A program made the translations under genes and the position numbers. DNA of 60,821 nt, from assembly GCA_020056635.1 (NCBI GenBank), contig JAGVHI010000018.1, positions 1 through 60,821 of the forward strand, read 5' to 3'. Below are positions 28,017 through 37,881 of the stretch, piece after piece (position 1 is the first letter of the stretch; each line of letters opens with the position of its first letter). The DNA comes from an archaeon (GTDB lineage: Archaea > Micrarchaeota > Micrarchaeia > Anstonellales > Anstonellaceae). The notes under the pieces were generated by a model. The model saw only the letters and a list, made by a program, of their open reading frames with translations, was not told the DNA's origin and made no database searches.

Positions 28017-29606
28017 ATGGAATCCAAAATGGTTTTCGTTTGCGACACGTCGGTCATAGTGGATGGCAGGATACTTGACTTGGTGCGGGAAGGGAAAGTG
28101 TCTGGCAGGGTGGTGGTACCGCGCGCCTCTGTCGCGGAGCTTGAGCACCAGGCGAATTCGAAAAAGGAGACAGGGTTTGCGGGATTGGACGTGCTCCAGA
28201 AATTGCGCGAGCTGCAAAAGGATTTTGACATCGAGCTGTCGTTTGACGGGGAGAGGCCGACCGGGTTTGAGATTGGGCACGCGAAATCCGGGGAGATTGA
28301 TGCGAAAATCCGCAATCTTGCAGGCGAGATTGGGGCGACATTGGTCACAGGGGACAAGGTGCAGCACGAGGTTGCGCTTGTCGAGGGCATTTCGGTAATC
28401 TACTTGCGCTCGCACGAGGAAACCAAGGGGCTTTCATTTGAGCAGTATTTCGCGCCTGACACGATGTCGGTCCACATAAAAGAAGGCCAGCCGGTCGTTT
28501 CAAAGTCCGGAAAGCCCGGCTCGGTTGTGGTGAAGGAGGTTGGCGCTGCGCTCTCAACCAATGAGGTCCGGGACATTGCGAAAGAGATTGTTGAGGCTAC
28601 AGAGAGGAACAGGGACTACTATTTTGAAATCGAGCGGGAGGGCGCGACTGTGATACAGATGGGCAAATACAGGATTGTGATTACGAAACCGCCGTTCTCG
28701 GACGGGTTTGAAATCACGCTGGTCAGGCCGATTGCAAAATTCAAGTTGGCTGATTATGAAATGTCAGACAGGCTGCGCGGAAGGCTCACTGGAGCTGCCG
28801 AGGGGATAATAATCTGCGGCCCTCCGGGAAGCGGGAAAAGCACGTTTGCAGCAGCGCTTGCAAACCACTACTACTCACTTGGGAAAGTGGTGAAAACGAT
28901 GGAGAGCCCAAGGGACCTGCAGGTGGATGACGGGATTACACAGTACGGGCCGCTGGAGGGGAGCTTTGAGCTCACCAATGACATCATGCTGCTCGTGCGA
29001 CCGGATTACTCGGTCTATGATGAGATGAGGAAGACTGTTGATTTTGCGGTGTATGCGGACATGAGGATGGCAGGGATTGGATTGGTGGGAGTGCTGCATG
29101 CGAACAAGGCGATTGATGCGGTGCAGCGGTTCATCAATAGAGTTGAGCTCGGGATGATTCCGAATATAATTGATACCATTGTGCTCATCAAGGGGGGCCG
29201 GGTCGCAAAAGTGTATTCAATGGGATTGCTCGTGCGCGTTCCTACTGGCATGATTGAGGAGGATTTGGCAAGGCCGGTAATTGAGGTTCGGGATTTTGAC
29301 ACTGATAAGCTGGAATATGAGATTTACAAATTCGGAGAGGAGACTGTAGTGCTGCCCATTACGCAGGAGATGGTCGCAAAGCAGCAAAAGCTAAGCGAGC
29401 CGATTGATGAGGAGCGGGTAAGCGCTGCGCTTGAGAAGCTGCTTGCGAAAATTGTGCGCAGGGATTTCCAGATAGAGTTTGAGGGAAGAAAGGCGGTGCT
29501 TTTGCTTGATGAGAGGGACATGGCATCAGTGATTGGAAAGGGCGGGAAAAACATCTCGCAGCTTGAGAAGAAGGCCGGTGTGAAAATAGACGTGAGGCAG
29601 CTTTAG
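28017..29606 (+). CDS. PIN-domain ATPase with C-terminal KH domain (PINA family)
   Basis: [11 protein letters not shown]; GPPGSGKST; ESPRDL; DEMR; VIGKGGKNI. Confidence 0.92.
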   Translation: MESKMVFVCDTSVIVDGRILDLVREGKVSGRVVVPRASVAELEHQANSKKETGFAGLDVLQKLRELQKDFDIELSFDGERPTGFEIGHAKSGEIDAKIRNLAGEIGATLVTGDKVQHEVALVEGISVIYLRSHEETKGLSFEQYFAPDTMSVHIKEGQPVVSKSGKPGSVVVKEVGAALSTNEVRDIAKEIVEATERNRDYYFEIEREGATVIQMGKYRIVITKPPFSDGFEITLVRPIAKFKLADYEMSDRLRGRLTGAAEGIIICGPPGSGKSTFAAALANHYYSLGKVVKTMESPRDLQVDDGITQYGPLEGSFELTNDIMLLVRPDYSVYDEMRKTVDFAVYADMRMAGIGLVGVLHANKAIDAVQRFINRVELGMIPNIIDTIVLIKGGRVAKVYSMGLLVRVPTGMIEEDLARPVIEVRDFDTDKLEYEIYKFGEETVVLPITQEMVAKQQKLSEPIDEERVSAALEKLLAKIVRRDFQIEFEGRKAVLLLDERDMASVIGKGGKNISQLEKKAGVKIDVRQL

Positions 29607-29643
29607 CATTCTTTCTTAACTTCGCTTAGCCATAGAACAGCAG

Positions 29644-30000
29644 ATGCGCCAACTCCGCGTGAAATTGATGCGATGGGGCGAGGATCTAGGCAATGTGCCA
29701 ATTATTCTTGTGCGCGAGAGGCGCGCTGGAATGAGCCAAATGGGGCTCGCTTTTTTCCGCGCGTTTCGGGACTCTAAAGACCTGTGGAGCAGGGCATGCG
29801 TCTTCTGTGGGGCAATGGAGTTCGTGAGTGGGGGCGGCGCCAATGCATCAGACCAGAAAATGGTTGCAACCGAGGCTGCGCTGCTTGAGATACGCGTGAG
29901 GGCGGATGAGAAGATTCCTGTTGAGGAAAAGGCGCTTATTTTCAGGGAATCCGGACTTGCAAAGCTCAACCCGCGCCTGTCCAATGCAGTGCATTTGTAG
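29644..30000 (+). CDS. Hypothetical protein
   Basis: 118-aa ORF that fills the gap between co-oriented genes. Confidence 0.5.
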   Translation: MRQLRVKLMRWGEDLGNVPIILVRERRAGMSQMGLAFFRAFRDSKDLWSRACVFCGAMEFVSGGGANASDQKMVATEAALLEIRVRADEKIPVEEKALIFRESGLAKLNPRLSNAVHL

Positions 30001-30052
30001 CTTGCGCCCCTTCTGGCATTGATTTATAGCTTCTGTTTTCCAAATCGGAAGC

Positions 30053-31081
30053 ATGGTTTCCACATTCGAGGCTACCCCGAATATTGCGCTAATCAAGTAC
30101 TGGGGCAAGCGGGATTCGAAGCTCGTGCTGCCGCAGAACAGCAGCATATCCTTTACGCTTGGCAATTCGGTTAAGACAGTTACAAGCGTGCTTTTTTCGG
30201 ACAGGTTGAAAGAAGATGTTGCGTGGCTGAACCGGAAAAAAACATCTGGGGAGGAGCTTGCGAGGATGCTCCTGATAGCCGATTTGGTAAGGCAGAAGGC
30301 CAGCATTTCCTCCAAGGTTGCGATTGCGTCCGAAAACAATTTTCCGACTGCAGCAGGCATCGCATCCTCAGCTTCGGGCTTTGCAGCCCTTGCGTGCGCC
30401 GCATCCGACGCGGCAGGGCTGGGATTGAACCCAACCGAGCTGTCGATACTTGCAAGAATGGCATCTGGCTCTGCTTGCCGGAGCGTACTAGGGGGCTTTG
30501 TGGAGTGGAAGAAGGGCGAGGAGAAGGATGGGGGCGATTCGCATGCTGTGCAGATAGCGCCCGCATCCCACTGGCCTGAGCTGCATGATTTGATTGCGGT
30601 TGCTGAGAGCGGAAGAAAAAAAATCGGGTCGAGCGCCGGGATGGACCGGACCGTGAAAACAAGCGGCCTGTATGCAAAAAGGATTTTGGACCTGCCTTCC
30701 AGGATTGCAAAAATGCGGCAGGCGATAATGCTTCGGGATTCGCAAACCGTATTCGCGCTCTCCATGGAGGACTCGATGAACATGCATGCTACCATGCTTG
30801 ACACCAAGCCCCCAATACTATACTTGAATGAACGCTCGATGGGGATAATTGAAGCTATAGAGGAGCTTAATGCAAGCGAGGGGAAGCTTGTGTGCGGCTA
30901 CACGTTTGACGCAGGCCCGAACGCACACCTAATTTGCGAGGGGAAGGATGTTGCGAAGGTGAAGAAGAGCGTTGCCAAACTCCATGGGATTGAAAAGTTC
31001 TACGATTGCATCGTTGGGGCCGGGCCAATTAAGCTTGCTGCAAAGGAGAGCCTGCTTTCTGAGGCTGGAAAGCCTGTATGA
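30053..31081 (+). CDS. mvaD: Diphosphomevalonate decarboxylase
   Basis: NIALIKYWGK, PTAAGIASSASG, SGSACRS, YTFDAGPN. Confidence 0.92.
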   Translation: MVSTFEATPNIALIKYWGKRDSKLVLPQNSSISFTLGNSVKTVTSVLFSDRLKEDVAWLNRKKTSGEELARMLLIADLVRQKASISSKVAIASENNFPTAAGIASSASGFAALACAASDAAGLGLNPTELSILARMASGSACRSVLGGFVEWKKGEEKDGGDSHAVQIAPASHWPELHDLIAVAESGRKKIGSSAGMDRTVKTSGLYAKRILDLPSRIAKMRQAIMLRDSQTVFALSMEDSMNMHATMLDTKPPILYLNERSMGIIEAIEELNASEGKLVCGYTFDAGPNAHLICEGKDVAKVKKSVAKLHGIEKFYDCIVGAGPIKLAAKESLLSEAGKPV

Positions 31082-31091
31082 GGTGCGCGAT

Positions 31092-32084
31092 ATGAGGGGG
31101 ATAGCAGCTATAGTTGCAATCGCAGTTATTGCATCCGCATTCTTGGCAGGATGCGCTGGAAATGGGGAAGGCGCAATTCAGGTTGGAGATAACCGAACTA
31201 TTGCTGCGAATGGAACTGAAAAAAGCATCTCATTGTACCAGGCGATCGCAGAGGTCCGTGGCAACAGGAGTTATGAAGCATGCGGGAGCGTGCCAAGGGA
31301 GGATGCAGGGGTTTGCTACACTTACGCAGCACTTACGATAGACGGGGCGCTCTGCGACCAGGCAAGGGATCAGGACGCACAGACTTACTGCAAAAAGGCG
31401 ATTTCGATTTTCGGGGGGAAGCTGGATTTGTGCAGCAGGCTATCTGAGCTTGGCCCAAGGAACGGCTGCAATTCAAAGGTGATACTTTCCACGAATGCAT
31501 TTGGCAGGTCTGCGGACCATGCGCTTGCGGCAGGCAGGGTGCAGGGCGCGTTTGAAGCAGCATACTCAGACCTTGATTACAAGAGCATGAAATCATCGGT
31601 TTTTGAATGGGGCGATTCGTGCGTTGCGCAGACGATTGGGACTGGAGTGCTGCTTGGGTGCGACGGGGAAAAATGCGACAGGAACGCAATCACATATGCA
31701 TTGGTGGCATGCGGAGAAAATATGAGCGTGCGGGATGTTGCGCAAAGCGGGCGCGGCTCTGTATTCGAAAGGATGGAATTTGCAAACCTGGTTTCCCAGC
31801 CAAAGCGGGCAGAAAAGGGGTTTCCGTTGAAACTGAAAAATGAAACTTGGTATAGTGATGGGAATGCGACTGTCGCATATTATTCAGTTAGGTCATCGGA
31901 TGATTTGGCGTATTCATACTGGGAATTCCTGGTGCCATCAGGGCAGTATTACGCTTATGGGAGCATGCTGCACGAGCAAGTCACCTTGAACGGGCCTGCC
32001 CCGTCGGACAAGTTCATGGCCGGCTTCGAATCGCTTTACGGAAACATGACAGGGGGGGCGCTCTCAAATGCAACTGAAGAGTAA
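31092..32084 (+). CDS. Putative lipoprotein with Cys-paired repeats
   Basis: FLAGC lipobox-like after GAGGTG SD. Confidence 0.72.
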   Translation: MRGIAAIVAIAVIASAFLAGCAGNGEGAIQVGDNRTIAANGTEKSISLYQAIAEVRGNRSYEACGSVPREDAGVCYTYAALTIDGALCDQARDQDAQTYCKKAISIFGGKLDLCSRLSELGPRNGCNSKVILSTNAFGRSADHALAAGRVQGAFEAAYSDLDYKSMKSSVFEWGDSCVAQTIGTGVLLGCDGEKCDRNAITYALVACGENMSVRDVAQSGRGSVFERMEFANLVSQPKRAEKGFPLKLKNETWYSDGNATVAYYSVRSSDDLAYSYWEFLVPSGQYYAYGSMLHEQVTLNGPAPSDKFMAGFESLYGNMTGGALSNATEE

Positions 32085-32688
32085 AGGGAAGACCATTCCG
32101 GTTTCCAAGTTCGATGCCGCCCTGCAGAAGGCAAAGGAGGCGATTGCAAAGGGCCGGGCAGTAATCTACCCGACAGATACGCTCTACGGAATCGGCTGCG
32201 ACGCAACAAGCAAGAAGGCCGTTGGGGGGATTTATCGCATAAAATCCCGCGAGCCAAAAAAGCCCCTCTCCATTCTTGTTTCTGACTTGCCGATGGCGAA
32301 AAAATATTGTGAAATATCGCCAAGGCAGGAACAGGTTCTCACGGCTCTCCTGCCAGGCCCGTATACCTTCCTGCTCAAGCTGAAAATCCCCCTGCCAGTA
32401 ACCGACAGCAAACTTGTGGGGGTGCGGGTGCCGGAACACATGTTCATGCGCACTGTTTCCAGGCAGCTGGGAATCCCGATTGTGACAACAAGCGCGAATA
32501 GGAGCGGGGGGAAGGACGCTGCTGAGATTGGCGAGATTGAGGAGGGGATTTTGAATTCAAAAGAAGTTTCCTTGATTGTTGATGGCGGAAGGTGCAAGTA
32601 CGCGCAGGGCTCAACTGTAATTGACCTTGTGGACATGAGGGTTGCGCGCAAAGGGGCAGTGAGAGAAGGCGATAAGATTGAATTCTGA
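32068..32688 (+). CDS. Threonylcarbamoyl-AMP synthase (TsaC/YrdC-type, no SUA5 domain)
   Basis: YPTDTLYG, IK.R...KPL, PGPYT, TSAN.SG, STVID. Confidence 0.92.
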   Translation: MQLKSKGKTIPVSKFDAALQKAKEAIAKGRAVIYPTDTLYGIGCDATSKKAVGGIYRIKSREPKKPLSILVSDLPMAKKYCEISPRQEQVLTALLPGPYTFLLKLKIPLPVTDSKLVGVRVPEHMFMRTVSRQLGIPIVTTSANRSGGKDAAEIGEIEEGILNSKEVSLIVDGGRCKYAQGSTVIDLVDMRVARKGAVREGDKIEF

Positions 32689-32701
32689 TGCGGTGCTTTG
32701 A

Positions 32702-34687
32702 GTGGATTTGAATTTGATTGAGTATGATAGGTTGAAACTCTCCATTTTGCCTACTGTTTATCCTCCAGCGGAGGACTCGTTTTTGCTTGCAAAGTGGGCT
32801 GCAAGGCTTGTGCGCGGAGCGGTGCTTGAGGTCGGGTGCGGATGCGCTCTTGCATCGCTTGCGTGCGCACGGGAAAATGAAGCTGGGAAAGTGCTCGGGG
32901 TTGATGTCAATCCCTATGCAGTCAAATGCTCAAGGGAGAATGCCATTGCAAACAAAATCAAGAATGCGAAATTTCTCGAATCTGATTTGTTTTCTGCGGT
33001 GAATGGGAAAAAATTCGACTGGCTGCTTTTCAACCCGCCGTATCTTCCTACTGGAAAAAAAGAGAGGATGGCAGATGAAAACGAGAATGCAGCATACGAT
33101 GGAAGGAAGTCTGGCAGAAAAATAGTTGATGCGTTCCTTTCCCAATTTGAAAAATACCTTGCAAAAAATGGCTCGCTATTGCTCGTCTCAAGCTCGATTT
33201 CGGGCACAGAGAAAACAGTTGAGGGATTGGAACGGAAAGGATTCCGAACAAGAGTGCTTGAAACAGCCCCATTTTTCTTCGAGAAGCTTTCGCTGATTTG
33301 CGCAACAAAAAGAAAGCTTGATTATTCCGCTGCGCTCTGGGAAATAAGGTCGCTGGAATTGTTTGGGATGAAGCTTGGGCTATCGCGCATGCAGAAAATC
33401 CTTTCCGCGCTCGGGGAGCCGCAGAAACAGTTCCGCGTGATTGCAGTTGCAGGAACGAATGGGAAGGGCTCGGTTGCCACGATGGTTGCAAGCGTTTTGC
33501 AGGAAGCTGGATTTTGCGTTGGGCTCTACACTTCGCCGCACGTTGATGATTTTAGGGAAAGGTTCTTGGTGCAGGGAAAGATGACCGGAAAGCGGAGCTT
33601 TTCGGGCTCCTGCAGCTCGGCTGCAGGGCATATTCCGCGAAGCGGAATCATGATGCAACGAAGTTGCATGATTTCGGAGGATGAGTTTGTGCGTGAGTAT
33701 GCAAAAGTGGATGTGATTGCGCAAAAAATGGCCGACAGACCGACCTTTTTTGAGGTTACCACAGCGCTTGCACTCAATTGGTTTGCAAGCAAGAATGTTG
33801 AGTTTGCAGTGCTTGAAGTCGGTTTGGGCGGCAGGCTTGATGCGACCAATGCAGCGGATGCGGAAGTGGTTGTGGTCACTGGCATAGGCATTGAGCACGC
33901 AAAGGAGCTTGGTGGCACGCTTGAGAAAATTGCCAATGAAAAAGCCGGGATAATAAAACAGGGGAGCTCGGTCGTGGTTGGGAAGATGGAGAAGGAGGCG
34001 CTGGATGCGATAGTTGCAGCTGCAAAGGAGAAGAATGCAAAAAAAATTCTTATTTATGGGGAGGATTTCGATGCAGCCGAAATTGCATGCAGGAGCAATT
34101 ACTCGGAATTCGATTATAGGATTGGGAATGTGAAGTTCCCTTTTGAACTGTCGCTTTTCGGGAGATTCCAGGGGCAGAATGCCGCGTGCGCCATTGCCGC
34201 AGTGTCGCTTTTGCCTGAGAAAGATAAGATTGGAATTGGGAAGCTACTTTCCGGGCTGAAAAAAGCGCGCATTGGCGCCAGGCTTGAAACTGTATCCCTC
34301 AGCCCCTTGGTTGTGATGGATGCTGCCCACAACCCCCAGGCAATGGAGAAGCTTGCGCAATCGCTTCCATTGTTCAAGTACAAGCGGCTGGTTTTGGTGT
34401 TCGGCGCCATGGCTGATAAGGACATTGAGGGGGTGCTGAGTGCGATAGGCCCAAAGGCAGGCGAAATAATTGTGAACCAGCCGAAAGTGGCGCGCGCTGC
34501 AAACGCCGAGTGGGTTGCAAAAATTGCGGGCAAGTATTGCAAAAAAGTCTACGTAATTCCTGATGTGAAAAAATCAGTTGCGCATGCAAAAAAAATGGCG
34601 CGCAAAGGGGATATGGTTCTTATAGCAGGCTCCATATACATGATAGCTGAGGCAAGGGGCAAGGACAGGCTCGGAATATCGATGTGA
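32702..34687 (+). CDS. folC: Fusion of HemK2/PrmC-like SAM methyltransferase and folylpolyglutamate synthase FolC
   Basis: N-terminal VYPPAEDSFLL, LEVGCG, FNPPY; C-terminal AGTNGKGS, YTSPH, EVGLGGRLDATN, DAAHNP, AGSIY. Confidence 0.9.
   Translation: MDLNLIEYDRLKLSILPTVYPPAEDSFLLAKWAARLVRGAVLEVGCGCALASLACARENEAGKVLGVDVNPYAVKCSRENAIANKIKNAKFLESDLFSAVNGKKFDWLLFNPPYLPTGKKERMADENENAAYDGRKSGRKIVDAFLSQFEKYLAKNGSLLLVSSSISGTEKTVEGLERKGFRTRVLETAPFFFEKLSLICATKRKLDYSAALWEIRSLELFGMKLGLSRMQKILSALGEPQKQFRVIAVAGTNGKGSVATMVASVLQEAGFCVGLYTSPHVDDFRERFLVQGKMTGKRSFSGSCSSAAGHIPRSGIMMQRSCMISEDEFVREYAKVDVIAQKMADRPTFFEVTTALALNWFASKNVEFAVLEVGLGGRLDATNAADAEVVVVTGIGIEHAKELGGTLEKIANEKAGIIKQGSSVVVGKMEKEALDAIVAAAKEKNAKKILIYGEDFDAAEIACRSNYSEFDYRIGNVKFPFELSLFGRFQGQNAACAIAAVSLLPEKDKIGIGKLLSGLKKARIGARLETVSLSPLVVMDAAHNPQAMEKLAQSLPLFKYKRLVLVFGAMADKDIEGVLSAIGPKAGEIIVNQPKVARAANAEWVAKIAGKYCKKVYVIPDVKKSVAHAKKMARKGDMVLIAGSIYMIAEARGKDRLGISM
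33583..33671 (+). repeat. Family-1 hairpin element plus an extra hairpin, 87 nt in-frame in FolC
   Basis: GACCGGAAAGCGGAGCTTTTCGG...GGGCATATTCCGCGAAGCGGAATCATGA followed by TGCAACGAAGTTGCA; ATGA at both ends. Confidence 0.78.
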
Positions 34688-34691
34688 TTCG

Positions 34692-35264
34692 ATGAAAAAA
34701 CTGCTTCGAATTCAGGCAAAGGCGATGAGGCAGGTCTACCATGCGATCACTGGGAAAGAGGCAAGCGCGCTTGTGGAAAAGAAGGTGCTCTCGCTCCAGG
34801 AGTATACGCGCGCAAAATGCGTGCTCCTCTACTGCTCGAACTGGAGCGAAGTGATGACTGAGGGGCTTATTGCAAAAACCATTTCGAAAAAGGGGTTCTG
34901 CGCGCTCCCTTATGTCGAGGGAAAGACGCTTGGGATTGCAAAAATTTTCGACATGTCAAAGCTTGTGTTCGGGAAGTTTGGCATACGCGAGCCCCCAAGG
35001 GAGAGCATAGTGACCCCCGAGGAAGTTGATTTTGCGCTTGTGCCAGGGGTTGCATTCGATCATGAAGGCAGCAGGCTGGGGTACGGGCACGGGTACTATG
35101 ATAGGCTGCTTCGAAAGCTCTCATGCCCGATTGTCGGGCTTGCGTACGAGGTGCAGATACTCGACCGCATTCCGTGCGAGGACTGCGATGTGCCAGTGCA
35201 GAGGATTGTCACAGAAAACCGCACCATCGAGTGCTATAAGAGGCAGCCTGTGTTGCCAAGGTAG
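34692..35264 (+). CDS. 5-formyltetrahydrofolate cyclo-ligase
   Basis: FGIREP, VPGVAFD..G.RLGYG.GYYDR. Confidence 0.92.
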   Translation: MKKLLRIQAKAMRQVYHAITGKEASALVEKKVLSLQEYTRAKCVLLYCSNWSEVMTEGLIAKTISKKGFCALPYVEGKTLGIAKIFDMSKLVFGKFGIREPPRESIVTPEEVDFALVPGVAFDHEGSRLGYGHGYYDRLLRKLSCPIVGLAYEVQILDRIPCEDCDVPVQRIVTENRTIECYKRQPVLPR

Positions 35265-35297
35265 AGGGCAAGAATACATTGAGAAGGGCGTGATAGT

Positions 35298-35918
35298 ATG
35301 AACAAAACGATTAGGATTGCAGTGTTCGCCTCTGGGAGGGGCTCCGATTTCCAGTCCATAATAGATGGAGTTGCAAAGGGAGAAGTGAATGCGAAAATCG
35401 AATTGTTAGTTACGGACAACCCTTCCGCATATGCAATAGAGCGGGCAAAACAAGCCGGAATCGCATACGTGGTTTTTGAGCCGAAAAACTATGCAACCCG
35501 AGAGCAGTTTGATGAGGCAATAATGACAAAAGTCGATTCGATTTCGCCTGATTTGGTAGTGCTTGCTGGCTACATGAGGATAATTCGGAGCAAGGAGTTT
35601 TTGCAGAAATATTCTGGAAAAATACTCAACATACACCCTTCTCTGCTCCCAAAATACCCCGGTGCGCATGCGCAAAAGGATGCGTTTGAAGCTGGGGAGA
35701 AGGTTTCCGGGCTCACCATACATTTCGTTGATGATTCGCTTGACGGCGGACCCATAATATACCAGGAGAAGGTGGACATTTCGGATTGCAAATCCGCTGA
35801 CGAGGTTTCCGCAAAAATACTTGGGAGGGAGCACGATGCGCTCCCGAAAATTGTGGATTCGTTCTCGAAAGGGAAGTACATGATTGAGGGGAAGAAAGTA
35901 AAATACGAAAAACGGTGA
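35298..35918 (+). CDS. purN: Phosphoribosylglycinamide formyltransferase
   Basis: FASGRGS, LAGYMRI, NIHPSLLP, HFVD..LDGGPII. Confidence 0.95.
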   Translation: MNKTIRIAVFASGRGSDFQSIIDGVAKGEVNAKIELLVTDNPSAYAIERAKQAGIAYVVFEPKNYATREQFDEAIMTKVDSISPDLVVLAGYMRIIRSKEFLQKYSGKILNIHPSLLPKYPGAHAQKDAFEAGEKVSGLTIHFVDDSLDGGPIIYQEKVDISDCKSADEVSAKILGREHDALPKIVDSFSKGKYMIEGKKVKYEKR

Positions 35919-36886
35919 GCCAAATCCCAGTGTCAAAAGGGAAAGGAATTGACGTAAAAAGGCTTCCGGTGAGCCAAAAGCTCATCCTAAAGGGAATGAT
36001 AATCTGGGTTTCGGCCTTCATCGCCGTTATGGCAGTCTTCTTTGCAGTGGCGCTCTCGGAAAAAAAGATCGGGTGGGCGCACCTCTCAGTCCTGCTCTCA
36101 GGCGCGTTCTCGACTGCTGCAGTTGCGTTTTTCTACCACCAATGGTCCCTGGAGGCATCCTCATATGAACTGAGGGGAAGCGCGCTTTTTGTGCGAAAGG
36201 GCCTTGTTTTCCCAATCGGGCTTTCAATCCCGCTCCAATCTGTCGAGAGGGTTTTCATAGACCGCGGCCCGCTGGACATCGTGCTCGGGCTGTATTCGCT
36301 CAAGCTGCAGATTGCAACTCCGGGCAGGGAAGAGGGGAAGAGGCATGGGCGCACACCAATGGTTCGCAGCCTTCGTGAGGCATACCGGAGCGCCAAATGG
36401 AAGGTGCTTGGCGAGCTTGAGGAAAAAGTGGCAGTGATTGAAGGGCTGGATAAAGATGGGGCGGAAGTCATGTATGACATGTTTTCCTCAAAAATAGGCG
36501 GGGATGGGGCATCCGTAGCCCCGGTTTTGATAGACGTTGCGAAAATGCCGCTGTTGGGAAGCAAGCGGTTCATGCAGATGCTAAACCCGCTTTTTTCCCC
36601 GGAATCCATTGCTTTCGGGCCCATGCACACGTCCCCAAGCGTCAAGCTTGGGGGGCATCTTTTGAAGCTGTCCATCCCGCTAATTGCTGCTGGGATGATC
36701 ATGGGGGGGTCTGTTTCCGGCCTTGGCTTGTTTGCCCTCGTGCTTGGAGCCCTCCTGAACATATTCCACAGCAGGATAGATGATGAGCTTTCTGTGTGCA
36801 CCACCTACCTCAATGACAAGGACCAGCTCCTGCTGGGCATTGTGATTGCCCTTTTCTTTTGCCTGCTTGCGCTATTGTTTGCGTAA
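35915..36886 (+). CDS. Bacterial PH-domain membrane protein
   Basis: Two TM helices, then Y.L....L.VRKG....IPL..V..V.I.RGPL....GL; more TMs at the C-terminus. Confidence 0.7.
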   Translation: MSQIPVSKGKGIDVKRLPVSQKLILKGMIIWVSAFIAVMAVFFAVALSEKKIGWAHLSVLLSGAFSTAAVAFFYHQWSLEASSYELRGSALFVRKGLVFPIGLSIPLQSVERVFIDRGPLDIVLGLYSLKLQIATPGREEGKRHGRTPMVRSLREAYRSAKWKVLGELEEKVAVIEGLDKDGAEVMYDMFSSKIGGDGASVAPVLIDVAKMPLLGSKRFMQMLNPLFSPESIAFGPMHTSPSVKLGGHLLKLSIPLIAAGMIMGGSVSGLGLFALVLGALLNIFHSRIDDELSVCTTYLNDKDQLLLGIVIALFFCLLALLFA

Positions 36887-36911
36887 AAAAGGAAAAAAGA
36901 AGGAAGATTGT

Positions 36912-37358
36912 CTACTTCATGTTCAGGGCAACAGCAGCGCCGATTACCGCAACCACTATCGCGATTACAGTGCCGATTATTGCTCCGGTGACCAGTGCCG
37001 CGAACACGATGCCTGCTGCAAGCGCGCCCACTGCTGCGCCGCCTGGCGTATTAGCCATTGCTGCTGCAGATGCGCTTATGCCAGCCATGGACAGGGCCAT
37101 GCCGATTATGAGCGAGAGTATCCCGTTCACAACCCCCAGAATCGCGCCGCCGGCTGCAGAATCAACATAGTCGAACTTGAACTGCTTCACCCCGTTGTAG
37201 CCCAGCCAGAAGTTTATTCCAAGCCCCACAACAAAGGCGAGCAGGCCTATTAGCACCCCAATCACCGGGATCAACCCAAGCGCTGCTGTGACCACAGTGA
37301 GCACGAGCATTGCGATAATCGGAATCTTTGACCCTTCCCAGATTTTCTTGAAATCCAA
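36912..37358 (-). CDS. Small Gly/Ala-rich membrane protein
   Basis: TTG start after GGGGTG; about four hydrophobic helices. Confidence 0.72.
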   Translation of the reverse strand: MDFKKIWEGSKIPIIAMLVLTVVTAALGLIPVIGVLIGLLAFVVGLGINFWLGYNGVKQFKFDYVDSAAGGAILGVVNGILSLIIGMALSMAGISASAAAMANTPGGAAVGALAAGIVFAALVTGAIIGTVIAIVVAVIGAAVALNMK

Positions 37359-37425
37359 GCAAACCACCCCTTCGGGAAGGGTTCGAGGGCAGGCAATATA
37401 AGGTTTATGAGGGTTCGCACGGCAA

Positions 37426-37860
37426 ATGGCGAACATGCCAAACTTTGAGAAGAAGCTCGTTGCAGTAGTGAACGGCTCGCTTGATACCGGAAAGGCCATG
37501 AACGCGCTTTCGCACGCGATGCTTGGGTTCGGAAAAGGTGTGATTTCGGATGAGGATGCACATTTGAACCGCTACGATGATGTGGATAATGGTGCGCACC
37601 CAAACATTTCCGAGATGGCGATTGTGGTGCTGCAAGCGAACAGTGATGAGATACGTGGGCTTCGAAAATTTGCAATTGAGAACAACTTGCAGTTCGTCGA
37701 TTTCGTAGACACAATGAGCGCTGGCGAGTACGAATATGAGTACCGGCTCACGAAAGGAAAGAAGGATTCCGAGCTTGAATATTGGTGCATTGTGCTGTTT
37801 GGGAAGAAGGAGATTGTGAGCAAGGGGACCGGAAAGCTGAAATTGTATAGGGGAAAATGA
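37426..37860 (+). CDS. DUF2000 family protein (PTH2-like fold)
   Basis: G.AMNALSH...G, Y.D.D.G.HPNIS....VVL, DF..TM, LFG. Confidence 0.7.
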   Translation: MANMPNFEKKLVAVVNGSLDTGKAMNALSHAMLGFGKGVISDEDAHLNRYDDVDNGAHPNISEMAIVVLQANSDEIRGLRKFAIENNLQFVDFVDTMSAGEYEYEYRLTKGKKDSELEYWCIVLFGKKEIVSKGTGKLKLYRGK

Positions 37861-37881
37861 CGCCGTGCTCGCCGATACCTA

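Noticed and set aside
36347-36394. GGCGC...GCGCC-bounded hairpins in the PH-domain gene as another insertion
   Set aside because: The stems are short and match neither element family
37827-37836. GACCGGAAAG match to the family-1 left end in the DUF2000 gene
   Set aside because: There is no hairpin or right end; likely a chance match
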